Shown here one piece after another: positions 1 to 12,071 of a stretch of DNA of 64,000 nt (position 1 is its first letter; each line of letters opens with the position of its first letter). Source of the stretch: Paramecium tetraurelia (lineage: Eukaryota); contig CT868679.1 of the NCBI GenBank assembly GCA_000165425.1, positions 124,001 to 188,000 on the forward strand, read 5' to 3'. A program made the position numbers and the translations under genes. The notes beneath the pieces are model-generated. The model made no database searches. It was not told where the DNA came from and saw nothing but the letters and a program-made list of their open reading frames with translations.

Positions 1-451
1 AATATAACACCAGAAGTCAAACAAAGGTTGGAAGATTAAGGATTCAAGCCATTTAAATACAGGCCATTGCCAGAATATGCGAATCCCCATTCACTTTAAT
101 GTATTCTCATTCTTACATAGATTGGTTGACTAATGCTGGTTTAGGACTCATTTGTCTTGTTGGCAGACATTATGCTTCATCCCAATAATCCATTAGAATA
201 TTATGGTCCGCATCTGCTGTATTCATTCCTCTATATGCCATTGCCACCAACGCTAAACTTGATGGATTGAGACAAAACAATTTTTACAGGTTTCCATTTC
301 ACCTTTCAACCTTAGAAAAACTTTGGATGACAGACTCGAATTGCACCCATTGACCAGGAGAGCTTGGGAAAGAGCCAAGCAAACTCACAAGGAGTATTAG
401 GATCAATTGAGAGAGGAGATTGCTACTTTGGAGGCAGAGTTGAGGAAATGA
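1..451 (+). CDS. 5'-truncated small membrane protein of unknown function
   Basis: NITPEVKQRLEDQGFKPFKYRPLPEYANPHSLQYWLTNAGLGLICLVGRH...ILWSASAVFIPLYAIA...EAELRK*; introns 101-120 and 290-315; two hydrophobic stretches; TGA 449-451. Confidence 0.75.
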
Positions 452-484
452 AATTATTGCATATAATAATAAAATTATATAATC

Positions 485-1262
485 ATGAATGATTAACTTC
501 TAACCATGACAGCATAGGAATTCTAACAAATTTACAAAGTAAGTCATTCATAGATTATCAATAAGGAGGTAGAATTCAAACTTGAAAAATTGCACAATAA
601 GAATAATGTCATCTAATAAAATCTTGATGTTGATATCATCAAAAGAGAACTCTATCAAATGATCAAACAAGAAATTGATCAATTATAATTCTTCATTGAA
701 GAAATCAAAGATCAAATGAAGTCACTTGAAAACAACATCAACAGCATTGACTCCAAAAATAAGTGATGAAATCTCTATTCATTTTAGGATCAAAAGATTA
801 AAAGATAATTATCTTAAGGAAACATAACGAAACAAAGCTATCACTCGTATCCTCAACAATAAGTCTTCATTTTAAAGTGAAAAGCAGTATGACGGAGTCA
901 GCATCCTGAGTCAATCTGGCACTGGAGAATAGCCTGACTCTGTGCCTTCCAATTCATCTCAATTTGAATACTAATAATAAAACATCCAACAAACCGACAG
1001 CTTTCAATAGTAAGATAAATAGTAGAATGGAATCACCATTTAAAATCAGGATTCTCCATCCAATTCTATGTTATATGAAAATGTAATCTAAAGGGATTCT
1101 TCAAACGAGATTAAATTTAATAATGAAGAACAAATAGAAGCCGAGGTTGAGGGTGAAGCATAGGAAGAAATCAATAATTAAGTTTACTTTATTGTATTGG
1201 TCATTGTGATTATTATGGCAGTTTTAATCATTTGGTTGCTATATGATGAAGATATTCTGTGA
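485..1262 (+). CDS. Coiled-coil protein with C-terminal transmembrane (tail-anchor) segment
   Basis: MNDQLLTMTAQEFQQ...; 25-nt intron near 763-787; ends VYFIVLVIVIIMAVLIIWLLYDEDIL*. Confidence 0.75.
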
Positions 1263-1298
1263 TTTTTTATCTATTATTTTATTGTTATTATTATTATA

Positions 1299-2446
1299 AT
1301 GGAAGATTAGATTGATAACGAATTCTTGGATGAAAATTAACAAAACCAAGATCTAATAGATTGCGAGCTATGCAATAGGAAGTTTCATCCTGAAAGAATT
1401 GAAAGACATCTTATTGCTTGTCAAAAAGCACAACTGAAATAATAAGAAAGGGACAAAATAATATAAAAAAAGAAAAAACAGATTGAACAAAAAAAATAAC
1501 AACTTCAATAAATGGATGTTGAAATAGTTAAAACTAATTGGAGGGAAGAACATCAAAAATTTTAGGAATAAATCTAATATAACCGAAAATTAAAATAAGT
1601 AATAACAGCATTATATATTAAGTTAGAAAATGAAGGATAAGATGTAAATTAGTTAACACCACCAGAAACAAAAGTAAATTCCAATTATGTTTTCTGCGAA
1701 TATTGCGAAAGACATTTTGATAAACGTAACAATTAAATATCTATCTCTAAGATGTTGCTGAAAGACACATCCCAAAGTGCAAAGAAACCAAAGCCAAGCC
1801 TAAACCTCCAAGGAAGAAGACCGTTGATGTGATATAACCTTCCTAACCTCAACTTTAAGAAAAAAGATAAGCCTAAGTTAGTACCCCTTCTACTTCAAGT
1901 CAAATGGAAAGAAAGCCCATCATCAAAAAATAACTATCAGACTCATCGCAACAATTCAGACCTACTAGTTTATAAAAATTTATAGCAGAATAGTCTGGCA
2001 AAGCAAATTTAACAAATATAGGTATTACTTCAAGTTCTAAACAGGTTTTATTGACTGCAAATCAAGGGCTACTGCTATCTAAGATACAGAGTGTCCTCAT
2101 TGCAATAGAAGATTCATATCTAGAGCTGCTGAAAGACACATTCCTATTTGTGAGAAATTAACAAGAAAACACTCTTTTTGTATGAATATTTCATTAATAA
2201 TTAGAAATCAAATATCATAATAGAAAGAGTGTTCCCATAAAATAAAATAATTTAATGATGATGGTAGCTCCTACAGCCCTTTTACCTTAAATTTAAAGAA
2301 AAGGAAATAAGTAGTTAGATGTAGGAACTTTGCCTCCTATTGGAAATAGTTAAAAGTTTTGTACTGAATGTGGGAATAGATTCTAGGCTAATCACAAATA
2401 TTGTGGGGGATGTGGACATAAAAGAGAACCTGAAATTGTAATTTGA
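1299..2446 (+). CDS. C2HC zinc-finger protein (ZC2HC1A/FAM164-like, zf-C2HC_2 repeats)
   Basis: CELCNRKF...ERHLIAC, CEYCERHF...AERHIPKC, CPHCNRRF...AAERHIPIC and C-terminal KFCTECG...KYCGGCG; several 23-26 nt introns. Confidence 0.85.
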
Positions 2447-2457
2447 ATTATTAGCAT

Positions 2458-3396
2458 TCATGACAACTTAAGATTTTATTTATATAAAACAGTTTTTCTT
2501 TTTTTGTTCCCAGTATTTCTAGGTACTTGTTTTTTTTGAATTTCCCTCTGTTTATGGGTCCATTAATTGATTTCCGGCGGCATATCTTTATTTTTAATAT
2601 AATCTTCTATTTGATTGACATCCACAGCTGTATATGATTCATCTTTTATTTTATTGAACAATTCTACTAAAATATCTAAGGTTGATTAATTATCTCCGTT
2701 TGTGATTCTTAATACTTAATTGTGTTTTCTGAACTTTTTAAGCATGTATCTAATCAAAGTCATGTAGAAATGTTTCGCTGCTAGATGAAAACAGTTATTT
2801 CCCATTTTATCTTTAGATAGCAAAGAAAGCTTAGTGTTTTTCAACAGAAACCGAACTATTTCAATCTCACCATAATAACATGCCCGATGAATAGCTGTTT
2901 AACCTTCATTGTTCTTTAAATAAATATTGATGCCAGGAATATTAAATAAAACTGATACTAATTCAATATTCCCACTTGCACAAGCAGCAATAAAAATACT
3001 GGCTCCTCCATTTTCTTTCGTATTAACCTTGGCTCCAACACTAATTAGATATTAAATGATCTCAATATTTTGATTAATAGTGGCAATCATAAGTGAGGTA
3101 TCTCCTTATGGATTTTTATCTTCAAGTAGTGTAGTTAATTGATTCTCATCAGTAGAATTAATTATGTATTTAACAATCGCAATTTGATTCATTCTCACTG
3201 CTAACATTAAGGAATTTTCCCCTTGAAAAATGGAAGTGAAATTATAATTAGTTGATTAGGCTATTTATTATAGTAAATCCAAATCTCCATTTATAATCGC
3301 ATTTGCAATTTTGTCCTGGGTTGTTTATGAGAAGTATTTAATTGTAGTTTCAGGCACTCCAATTGCATATAAGCCTTTCACAATATAATTTCCCAT
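2458..3396 (-). CDS. Ankyrin-repeat protein, possible N-myristoylation (MGN...)
   Basis: Intronless frame with GENSLMLAV, GDTSLMIAT, GASIFIAAC, GQTAIHRAC, GNNCFHLAA repeats. Confidence 0.9.
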
Positions 3397-3428
3397 TTAA
3401 ATAATATAAATTATGTAGATTAGATTTA

Positions 3429-5789
3429 TCATAACTCATCATTATTAACAAAAGTCCATCCTCCTAAATGTGCTTTGGATTCCTCTACTATACTTTGCAT
3501 ATCAAACACATTTCCATCAATTTTAGTATTGATTCTAATTTTCCTGTTTGGCTTAGGCATTGTCAACTCTCTATTGTAGACAACTTCCCAATTAACATCC
3601 TAGAAATATTGATGTGCCTTGATTTCTTCTGAGTCTCCTTTGCCCGAACCTAGACGCTTGGCTGGATTTCGTTATAATAACTATGAGAATTATATTGAAT
3701 TGGTACTGCTTTTAATAGATTTTTAGCCTCATTAGAAATATATGAAGGTATTTTGAGTTAAGCATTTTCAATATTATAAAACAATTCCTCTCTATTGTTA
3801 GCATAGTAAGGAGGCAATCCAACCAATAGTTCATACATCACTACTCCTAATAAATACCAATCAACGGCTTTTCCATGACCAGATCTCTTCAGCATTTCTG
3901 GTGCCAAATATGCAACTGATCCACAAAATGAACGAGCACCAGTATTAGGTTCTAAGATACCTTCCTTTGATAATCCAAAATCTGTCAAAAGAGCATGACC
4001 TTCGGTATCCAAAACAATATTATCAGGTTTCAAATCTCTAAATATAATATCTCGTTTATGTAAATCTTCTAAGGCTAAAACAATTTCACATAAATAATTC
4101 TTCACTATGTTTTCAGGGAGTCTCTTCTATTTTTATAAGACTTCTCCCAAATCCCCTCCTGGACAATAATCTAAAATCATGAACAATTTATCCTAAGTCT
4201 GGAATGCAAATCTTAATTTAACTATGAAGGGATGAGAGGTTATTGACAATACATTCCTTTCCGTTAAAGCATATCTGGTCAAATTATGTTCTAATGTTAT
4301 TATTAAATATAATTGTACTCATGATCCTGCTTTTATGAAGCACTTTCATTGCATATAACTAATTGCTTTTCTATACTAAATAAACTTCTCCAAAACTACC
4401 CTTTCCGATTAATCCAATCACTTGGAATTACTAAGGTCCAATCTTCTCTTCTTCCTTATTCTTAATAGAATCAGAGTTTGTGGAAACAGTATTTGTTAAC
4501 TATTATTTAGCAGAATGAGTTGAGTTTATCTTATTTAATCTCTCTTATTTAATTTCTTATTAAGTTCTATTGTTTGGAGAAGATGATTGTTTGTTTACAA
4601 CATTTAAATTTTTGCATGAATAACTATTTAATTGAGTTGGAGTTTAAGCAAAATTTTGTTAGGTTTATTATTAAATTCCTTAATATTATTACTATTATTG
4701 TTATTATTGTTATTATTATTATTATTATTATTAATTCATCTATCCTCTTTTAAATTAAAACATTTTAAGAATGACATCATTTTAAGTATTCTATATTTAG
4801 ACCATATTCATTTTCTATTCTTAAATTAAGATTAACAAATAGATTTACATAGCTTTTTAATTTCGTCACTATAAGTCTAGAATAAACGTTGGACTTCCTC
4901 ATTTTATGCATACTATTCAGCAGTTTTATGTTCTTTGTTGATTTTAAACTAAATTGATTGTCTTTTCAATAACAACTAAACGACTGTTTTATGATTCTAT
5001 TTACAAGCATAATGTAATGCTGTGTTTCCAAAAGAATCTTAGTGATTGATGTCTGAACCTGCATTCATCAATATCATCAAGACTTCATCTTATCCACTTA
5101 TATGTTATTAATCAATTCAATACTTTAAGGCAGCTAAAATTAATGGGGTCATGTGATCTTTGTTTTATGCATCGATAGCAATTTACTTAAATATTAATGC
5201 AGATGTTAATTAAGCATTCCCATTTTTGGCTGCATAATGAAGTGCTGTGTTATCCAACATGTCTTTAGCTGAAAGAGATGCTCTGAGTTCTGAATTGATC
5301 TTCTGTCTGGGAGGTAATTTTACTATGAATTATAAACTTAATTATACAAATATTATGAACTAATGTTGGTTCCAATAATTAGAGACATCCACCAGTATTA
5401 TTGTTCTTACTCTCCTTAATGAACCATTAATTTAATTATTTTTTTATATCTTCCAACTCACCCGTTCTTGGAGATGTTGCTTCTACTGTTTTTGTTATAC
5501 CAGAAATAGAGATAGGTATTTTCGGTTCATCAGCCTAACTAGTTTATCTCTTTGAGCTCGACACTTTCCTATTCTAAAAAAATGGCACCAACTTATGTTA
5601 AGAGTGAGAGCGATCAGTAGATAATTTTGTTTGCTATTTTAATTGTGAAGTTGTCTTAGGAGTCATTATTTTTGAGGCATTAGTTTGGGATTTTGCTTAA
5701 CTTAGTCTCCTATTGTTTGCATCTTGGATTTGCTTTAATTTATCAAGATATTCTTAAAGACTTGGCTTGCTATTACTGTTAATATTCAT
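3429..5789 (-). CDS. AGC-family Ser/Thr kinase (RSK/S6K/AKT-like) with N-terminal ankyrin repeats
   Basis: Ankyrins NTALHYAAKNG, TPLILAA, GNTALHYAC; kinase GKGSFGEV, YAMK, FRDLKPDN, DFG, SFCGSVAYLAPE; C-terminal hydrophobic-motif-like GGWTFV. Confidence 0.92.
4685..4732 (-). repeat. Poly-Gln tract encoded by TAA/CAA/TAG codons in the kinase linker
   Basis: Minus strand reads TAA TAA...CAA TAA TAG TAA in the kinase frame. Confidence 0.8.
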
Positions 5790-6050
5790 TTATTATTTTT
5801 CTAAATATTATTTATATAATAACTTATAATTACATATATCAAATTGAATATTCAAACTCTAGTTTCCCTTCAAAATCGAAAGGTCCACAAATTTATTTCA
5901 TCATTATTCAATCAAATAAAATAACTATCTTTCTTGATCTGAAAAAATTGATTTAAACACTTTGAAATCAATTTTATCTTCAAATATTAAATTAGATTTA
6001 TTATTAAGACCTATCTATCCCTTAAGTGTAATATAAAATCTTTTAAAATT

Positions 6051-7477
6051 ATGATAGCTTTGCTTAATGTAAAACTCTACTTAATTTTATATTCTCCCCT
6101 CTTCTTAAACTCTTAATATTGATTATCCATTATTGTAATTTATATTAGTTATCTATACTGCTAATTAATAGAAATAGTCAATTATCAATATGGTTTAAAG
6201 ATATATATTTTATCCGAACTAGAGAAAGTAACCTGATTTGGTATATTGGTAGAAATTAATCTCGAAAATGAGGAATATAACTATATCTTTTGTTTTTAAT
6301 CTCAAATAGATATTATAATTCTGAAGATCAATATAAAACGTATAAAATCTTTATATAAATCACTCTTATCTAGATGTATCTCAACGCTTCTATTACAATT
6401 GCTGTTATTTCATCATTCTCAATCTTTTTGATTACTCAATTGAATCAAAATAGTATGATTATGGATTCTACTACTAGTAAGTATGTTACTATTAGTAACC
6501 CTAATCTTATTATTATAAAGGTTGAGTTCTTTCTTACATCTAATTGAAATCTTAATTGTATTATTAACGTAAAGTTTCTTATTAAATATAAATAGATACA
6601 ATAAAACTAGGATTAGTGAGTCTATTATTATTCATATATATTTTAGGCTGGTTTCAATGGCCCATAAACAAACCTCTCTTTATCCTCTGCTGGATTGTAT
6701 AGAAATGGATGAGGATTACCTACTAATGAGACTAGAATTATTACTGGATATTGTCTTTTGATATTCTATTTATTCTTAAGTCAATGGAGGAGAGGATAAT
6801 GGATAATATTTGATATTCTTGTTGTTCAAATGTTTAATTTCGTATTAGTTTAATGTTTATTGCATGTCTAGTATTAAATTAGCATTTACTCCCAATAGTA
6901 TCCTCAATGCCTCCTAATTGTTAAATGTTTTATTTGAATAGTTTGACTTATTCAGGAGGAGCAGGATCATTTATCGCTTATAGATATTGAATTTATCTCT
7001 TTTAGAATTCGCTTACATCGTGAGGGTCTTTGAAATATGTTGGCTACTTAATAATTTAACCTAACTAGTTTGAATTCACATTAAAGTCTAAATAATTATT
7101 AGGAGCAGGCACAAATTGATTGCCCAACATATGATCCATCAATAAATGCTATTGTTAAATCGGTTTGCTATTTTCTTATTAGCTCCTAGCATTTTCCAGT
7201 GTTTATGAGTATTATAACAATTATCTAATTTAGAATGCAATCAATACCCTTAATCTGCAAACAGGGTTTATCGAGAAAAATGATCAAGCAAGGAATTTTA
7301 TTGTGGGATATTCAATTGTTATTGCTAATATTTTGGGACTTGTGGATAAGCCTAACCAAGGTTCTAACAAACGCTATTAATGAGTTTTATGAAATACTCT
7401 CGATCGAATTGCTCCATTACTTATGGGAATTAGTCAGGATTCTTAATGTTAGGATTTTAACAAAAGTTGGATGCTGA
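6051..7477 (+). pseudogene. Probable multi-pass membrane protein gene, degenerate or not resolvable by hand
   Basis: Hydrophobic coding-like segments (YLNASITIAVIFIILNLF; RIITGYCLLIFYLFLSQW; RNFIVGYSIVIANILGL) and intron-like GT-AG pieces, but all three frames hit a TGA around 6710-6760; boundaries uncertain. Confidence 0.35.
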
Positions 7478-7906
7478 TTACCTAAAAACTAAGAAGAAAT
7501 TTGATATATTTACAATCCTTCTCCATTTAATTGGTTGTTATATATATTTAATAATAATACTTAAATAATTATATGATAATAAAAATATTAGATGTCTAGA
7601 ATTCTTTATATTGGATTAGATAATTCTAGAAAGGAAGATAATAAATACTAATTTGACTTCTCATCATTGAAAAACTCTAATTTTGGAGAAAAGATTTCTG
7701 ACAAGTAATCTTTTATGTCTTCTTACTTTTCAAATGACCAATCTTCCAATTTGAAATCTGAAACTTTTGGTTGTATATTCAATACTTCTAATTTTGATTG
7801 TGGTATTTCCGTCGCTTATTATGAAAAGATTTATTAAAGCTATTCTTACTTTTCTGACTTCTAATCAACTGATTAAACTTATTGCTGCCTCTTCCTTCTT
7901 TGCTCC

Positions 7907-8362
7907 TCAAATTTTACTTTCTACAATTATTTCATTAACCTAATATTTGATATCAAAATTTCTGATAAATTCATCCTACCAAGCTTTACTAGCTTTGAAG
8001 TTGGGAATGTTAAATAATTCTATAGCTTTCTATTTTAACTAAGATCTCCTAACTCTCCTTCTCAATTCCACACTTTCCTTTATGATCCATGATCTTAGTT
8101 CCTCTTCAGCTTTTGTATTGAGTTTCTTTCTTCCACATCCAGGTTTACGAGCTATTCCATCTTGATACCACCTCCTTAGGTTTTTAATTGAAGTGTTGTA
8201 TTTCTCACTTAAGATTTAATACATCTCAAGAGAAGAGTCTTTTTGTAAGCTCTCTAAAATCTGCTGTTTGTCATCTTAACCTAGGATATTGTATTTCTTC
8301 AATGCTTTATTCTTCTTATTTTAACGCTTAGTATTCGAGTTGCTACTATTGTTATAGTTCAT
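7907..8362 (-). CDS. CENP-B/pogo-type double helix-turn-helix DNA-binding protein (no DDE domain); probably continues past a frameshift
   Basis: LSEKYNTSIKNLRRWY (HTH1), GRKK...AEEELRSWI...LKQKAIELF...FKASKAWQDEFIRNFDI (HTH_Tnp_Tc5 signature FKASxGWxxxF); start may lie further upstream. Confidence 0.75.
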
Positions 8363-8771
8363 TACAAGTGATAATATTAATAAGGAATTTTATTAAAAGG
8401 CGCCGTTAAGGTTGCACAAATCCTTGTATTAATTGGTATATTTATAATTTTAATTTTAACTATCTTATAATTTAAAATTTAATCTACATAACAAAGGAAA
8501 TATAGAATTGTATTAAAATTACAAATTTTAATATTATAAATATAAAATATATCAATAATAAAATAAAATTCTTAGCAGATTCTCTTTATACAAGAGAATT
8601 GAGTTTGGGGACAGATCGTGCTATAGTGAACTTCATCATAGGGAAAATAAATGAATTTTTATTTTGGCGTTATTGATAACTCAATGACTTTGTCACCTGT
8701 GTTCTATTGTTATTATTGGACATCATCAGAGATAACAAATGTAAAATTATTACATAGGTATAAAATTTAAA

Positions 8772-9220
8772 TCATTATTATTTCTTCGTTGGTTTCAAAG
8801 CACCTTTTTTGCAAGGTTTTTTAAATGCCCAGTCAACTTGAACTTTTTTACCATAAATTCCATCTGACTTGTTAACACCATTCAAAGCATCTTAAGCATG
8901 GGCGAAATCACTAAATTCGATTAATGCATAACTAATAATTTTATTAGCTTCTACCCTTTAACAAAACCAGTTCTTCTGTCAAGATTCAAATGGAGATTCT
9001 TAATTGGACCGTATTTGCTGAAGGCATCAAATAAATCATCTTCTTAAGCTTCTTCATGAATTCCTTTGGCAATAAGAATCCATCCTTCAACAGCTAAATT
9101 ATTAACCTTATTTATTTTACATTTCATTGGTCCTGGACCATCATCACTTTCTAAAGATTAGAAATTACCTGCCTCTCCTTTATATCTATCCTCATTATCA
9201 TTGACTTATTTTTTTTACAT
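8772..9220 (-). CDS. RBM8A: Exon junction complex RNA-binding protein Y14
   Basis: [25 protein letters not shown]...[23 protein letters not shown]...VQVDWAF; two introns. Confidence 0.95.
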
Positions 9221-9368
9221 TAATTTATAAATTTAATGGAACTTCTTTATCTAAATTGAATTAGAAAAAAGTTCTGAGCAAAACAAATGTACAAAACAGA
9301 AATTGTAAGTTAATTTTTATAATGCTTAGATTTTACATATTATTATTATGAAATATTGTAATTTTATT

Positions 9369-11414
9369 TCAAATTCCAAACATCTTTTATATTTAGGCTG
9401 AAGCTATGCTATGATAACTATTTTTGCACATATTGAATATTCTTAATCCTATTTCTCGGTTTTTTTCAGCCAAAGCTCTATAAACAGGACATATGAACTT
9501 CATTCTTCCATTAGCTCTTAAAAAATCACTCAATTTATCACTAAATTAATATTAATCAAGTATTACCCTAATGCAACAGGATAATTGTTCTTGATTCCAT
9601 AGATTAAAATTCTATGCAAAATCTCAGGATTATTGGATTCAAATAATTGATACTCTTCTTCTAAATTCTTCAATATTCTTTAATCAATATCTTTGTTTCC
9701 AATTAAATCTAAAATGAAGCATTTTTCATTTGAATGTAAGTTTTAGAAATCATCCAATTGCATTTAATTATCGTATAGATCATTCGCTAATTTTTCATAT
9801 TTTTTGCTAAATTATTCCTCTATTTTTAATTTTTCTTTTGGCATTCCAGGATCAATAATCCATGATTACCATTGAATATCTACTCCTTCAATATTATTTT
9901 CAAGAAGGAACTTCTCCAACAGACTTCTGAATTATTCTGAATTCAATGTATCCTAAGAAACTATTAATCTAATAAACTCTTAAAATTTCTATTCTCCAAT
10001 TTAACCTTCAAGAAATCTTAAAAATTAACATCCTTTTTGATAAGGAATCACAGAGAAACAATCATCAGGATTTTGTTAGTCAAGTTTTGGAGATAATGTA
10101 GTATACGTATGCTCAGCCCCAAAGTTATTGATACTTTTCTATAGACTATTATCCTAAAAATAATAATTTTAGTGATTACGCCTAATAAACCATGTAATGT
10201 CTATTGATCTTTTCCAAAAATCTTGCCAACCATTTTATTCTCAATAAAAGTAGTGATACCTTCATTCAACCAAAAACATTCCCAATTTTGACATGTCATA
10301 CTATTTCCAGACCAAGAATGTATCATTTCATGAATGAGTACAGCGGTTTCACTCTTATCACCCACAACCAAGGAAGGTGATAAAAATGTCAAATTTGGAT
10401 TTTCCATTCCTCCATAAGGAAAGGCCTTAGGTAATACAATCACAGTATATTCATTCCATTTATAAGGTGTTAAATACTCTTCAATAGTTGAAAGATATTT
10501 CTCCATGTCAGAGAACTCATTAGCACATTTATTGATTAAAATAGGTTCAGATATTACAAATGTCCTTTCACTAATTTTTTTTTTCTCTAAATCTCCAGCA
10601 CAGATGGCAAACAGATATGAAGGTATAGCCACAGGTTATTTAAATTAGAATATATTCTTGTTATCCTTTGAAGTTTCTTAAACTAACAATCCTGATCCGA
10701 ATGCTTTTAAGGGTGCAGGCACTGTCAATTCAATATCGAAAGTTGATTTGATTGATGGACTATCTTAGCATGGATACTAAGTGAATTAATAATAATATGT
10801 ACTAATGATCTTGCATAAATAGCTTCTGATTATGTAAATAAGAAAGGGTGCTTATTACCAAATGTTTAAGATGGTTGAAGCCAGTTTTGTGCAACCTATT
10901 CGTTGTTAATATTTTATTAAGTTGAATATATGATTTCAACCTGGAATTCTTCATTTTCTTATTTTTCAGTAAATATTTCTAATTGATCTCCTAATTCCTT
11001 AACAACTAATTCTTTATAGTGAAATTAAGTCTCTTAGTCATTTACCTTTACACCTTTAATAGATAACATTTTAGCATCTAATTATATTTTGTTCACTGAT
11101 TTAATGGCCTTCATCTTTAAAATTACTCTTCCAGTTAGTATTTATTGTACAAAATCAATTTCAAGCGAAATTGAAGTGTTCAATGTTTTCACTTAATCTA
11201 TGTTAGATAATGAGCATTTATCCAATTTATTGAATATTGTTCCTTATAAGGATTATTCATTAGATTGAAATTGGTTAAGGGATTGCTACTTTGATTATTG
11301 CTTTCTTATTTTAGTTGAAACCACTAGAATGGCGCCTATGACTCCTAAACCAATCACACCATATAAAGATTTTTTGTAGTATCTACTTTGATAAAATTAT
11401 CTTAAGGCTTACAT
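9369..11414 (-). CDS. M1 zinc aminopeptidase, leukotriene A4 hydrolase-like, with N-terminal hydrophobic anchor
   Basis: FPYGGMENP, HEMIHSW...WLNEG (HEXXH-18-E), SVIPYQKG, C-terminal NGRMKFICPVYRAL. Confidence 0.93.
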
Positions 11415-11437
11415 AATATTTTATTTATTTAATACAA

Positions 11438-12028
11438 ATGTAAGAATTATCACTTAATAAAATATAAGAAGAAATTCCCTAAATTAGATATCGAAGGCCA
11501 AATTATTAAATTCCTATTCTAAGCAGGATTTCAAATGAGATCAAATCAATTCATTTTCCAAACAAAACAATAGTCTAAAATAAATCCAACGAACATAAAT
11601 AAATTAAACCTTTGAAATTGCTACCCTATACTCCAATATCAATCTAATAACAAAGATCAATTCCATATAAATATTCTAAAAAAATCAATTCAAAAAAAAC
11701 TAGTGAATTGGATCATCTGGATTTTGAAAGCTCCTCTAGATAATTACAATTGTTTTTGGAATAAGAAAAAAACCAATTGAAATCAGAGAAATACATATAG
11801 TCATTACTTGAGTGCGTAAAAATGCCCTCAATCAATACAGATATCAATAGGGATAATAAATAAACAATTGATAGTTTAATACAGTCTCAAATTGGGTCTA
11901 GTGTAAGAGTGAACAGCTTGAAACCTAAACTATTTAATAGGAAAAGGTCAAAGTCATATGAGATCTTCGATAAGAACTCTTACTACTATTTTGATTCTCT
12001 CGACTTGTAAAAATATTAAATCATTTGA
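11438..12028 (+). CDS. Hypothetical protein (196 aa)
   Basis: Intronless ATG-TGA frame MQELSLNKIQEEIPQIRYRRPNY...LQKYQII*. Confidence 0.7.
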
Positions 12029-12071
12029 TATATATTATTTGTTTTAGTTATGTTGTATTTTATAACATTTT

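Noticed and set aside
7620..8362. Active pogo/Tc1-mariner transposon
   Set aside because: Only the DNA-binding HTH region is present; no DDE domain, terminal inverted repeats or target duplication seen.
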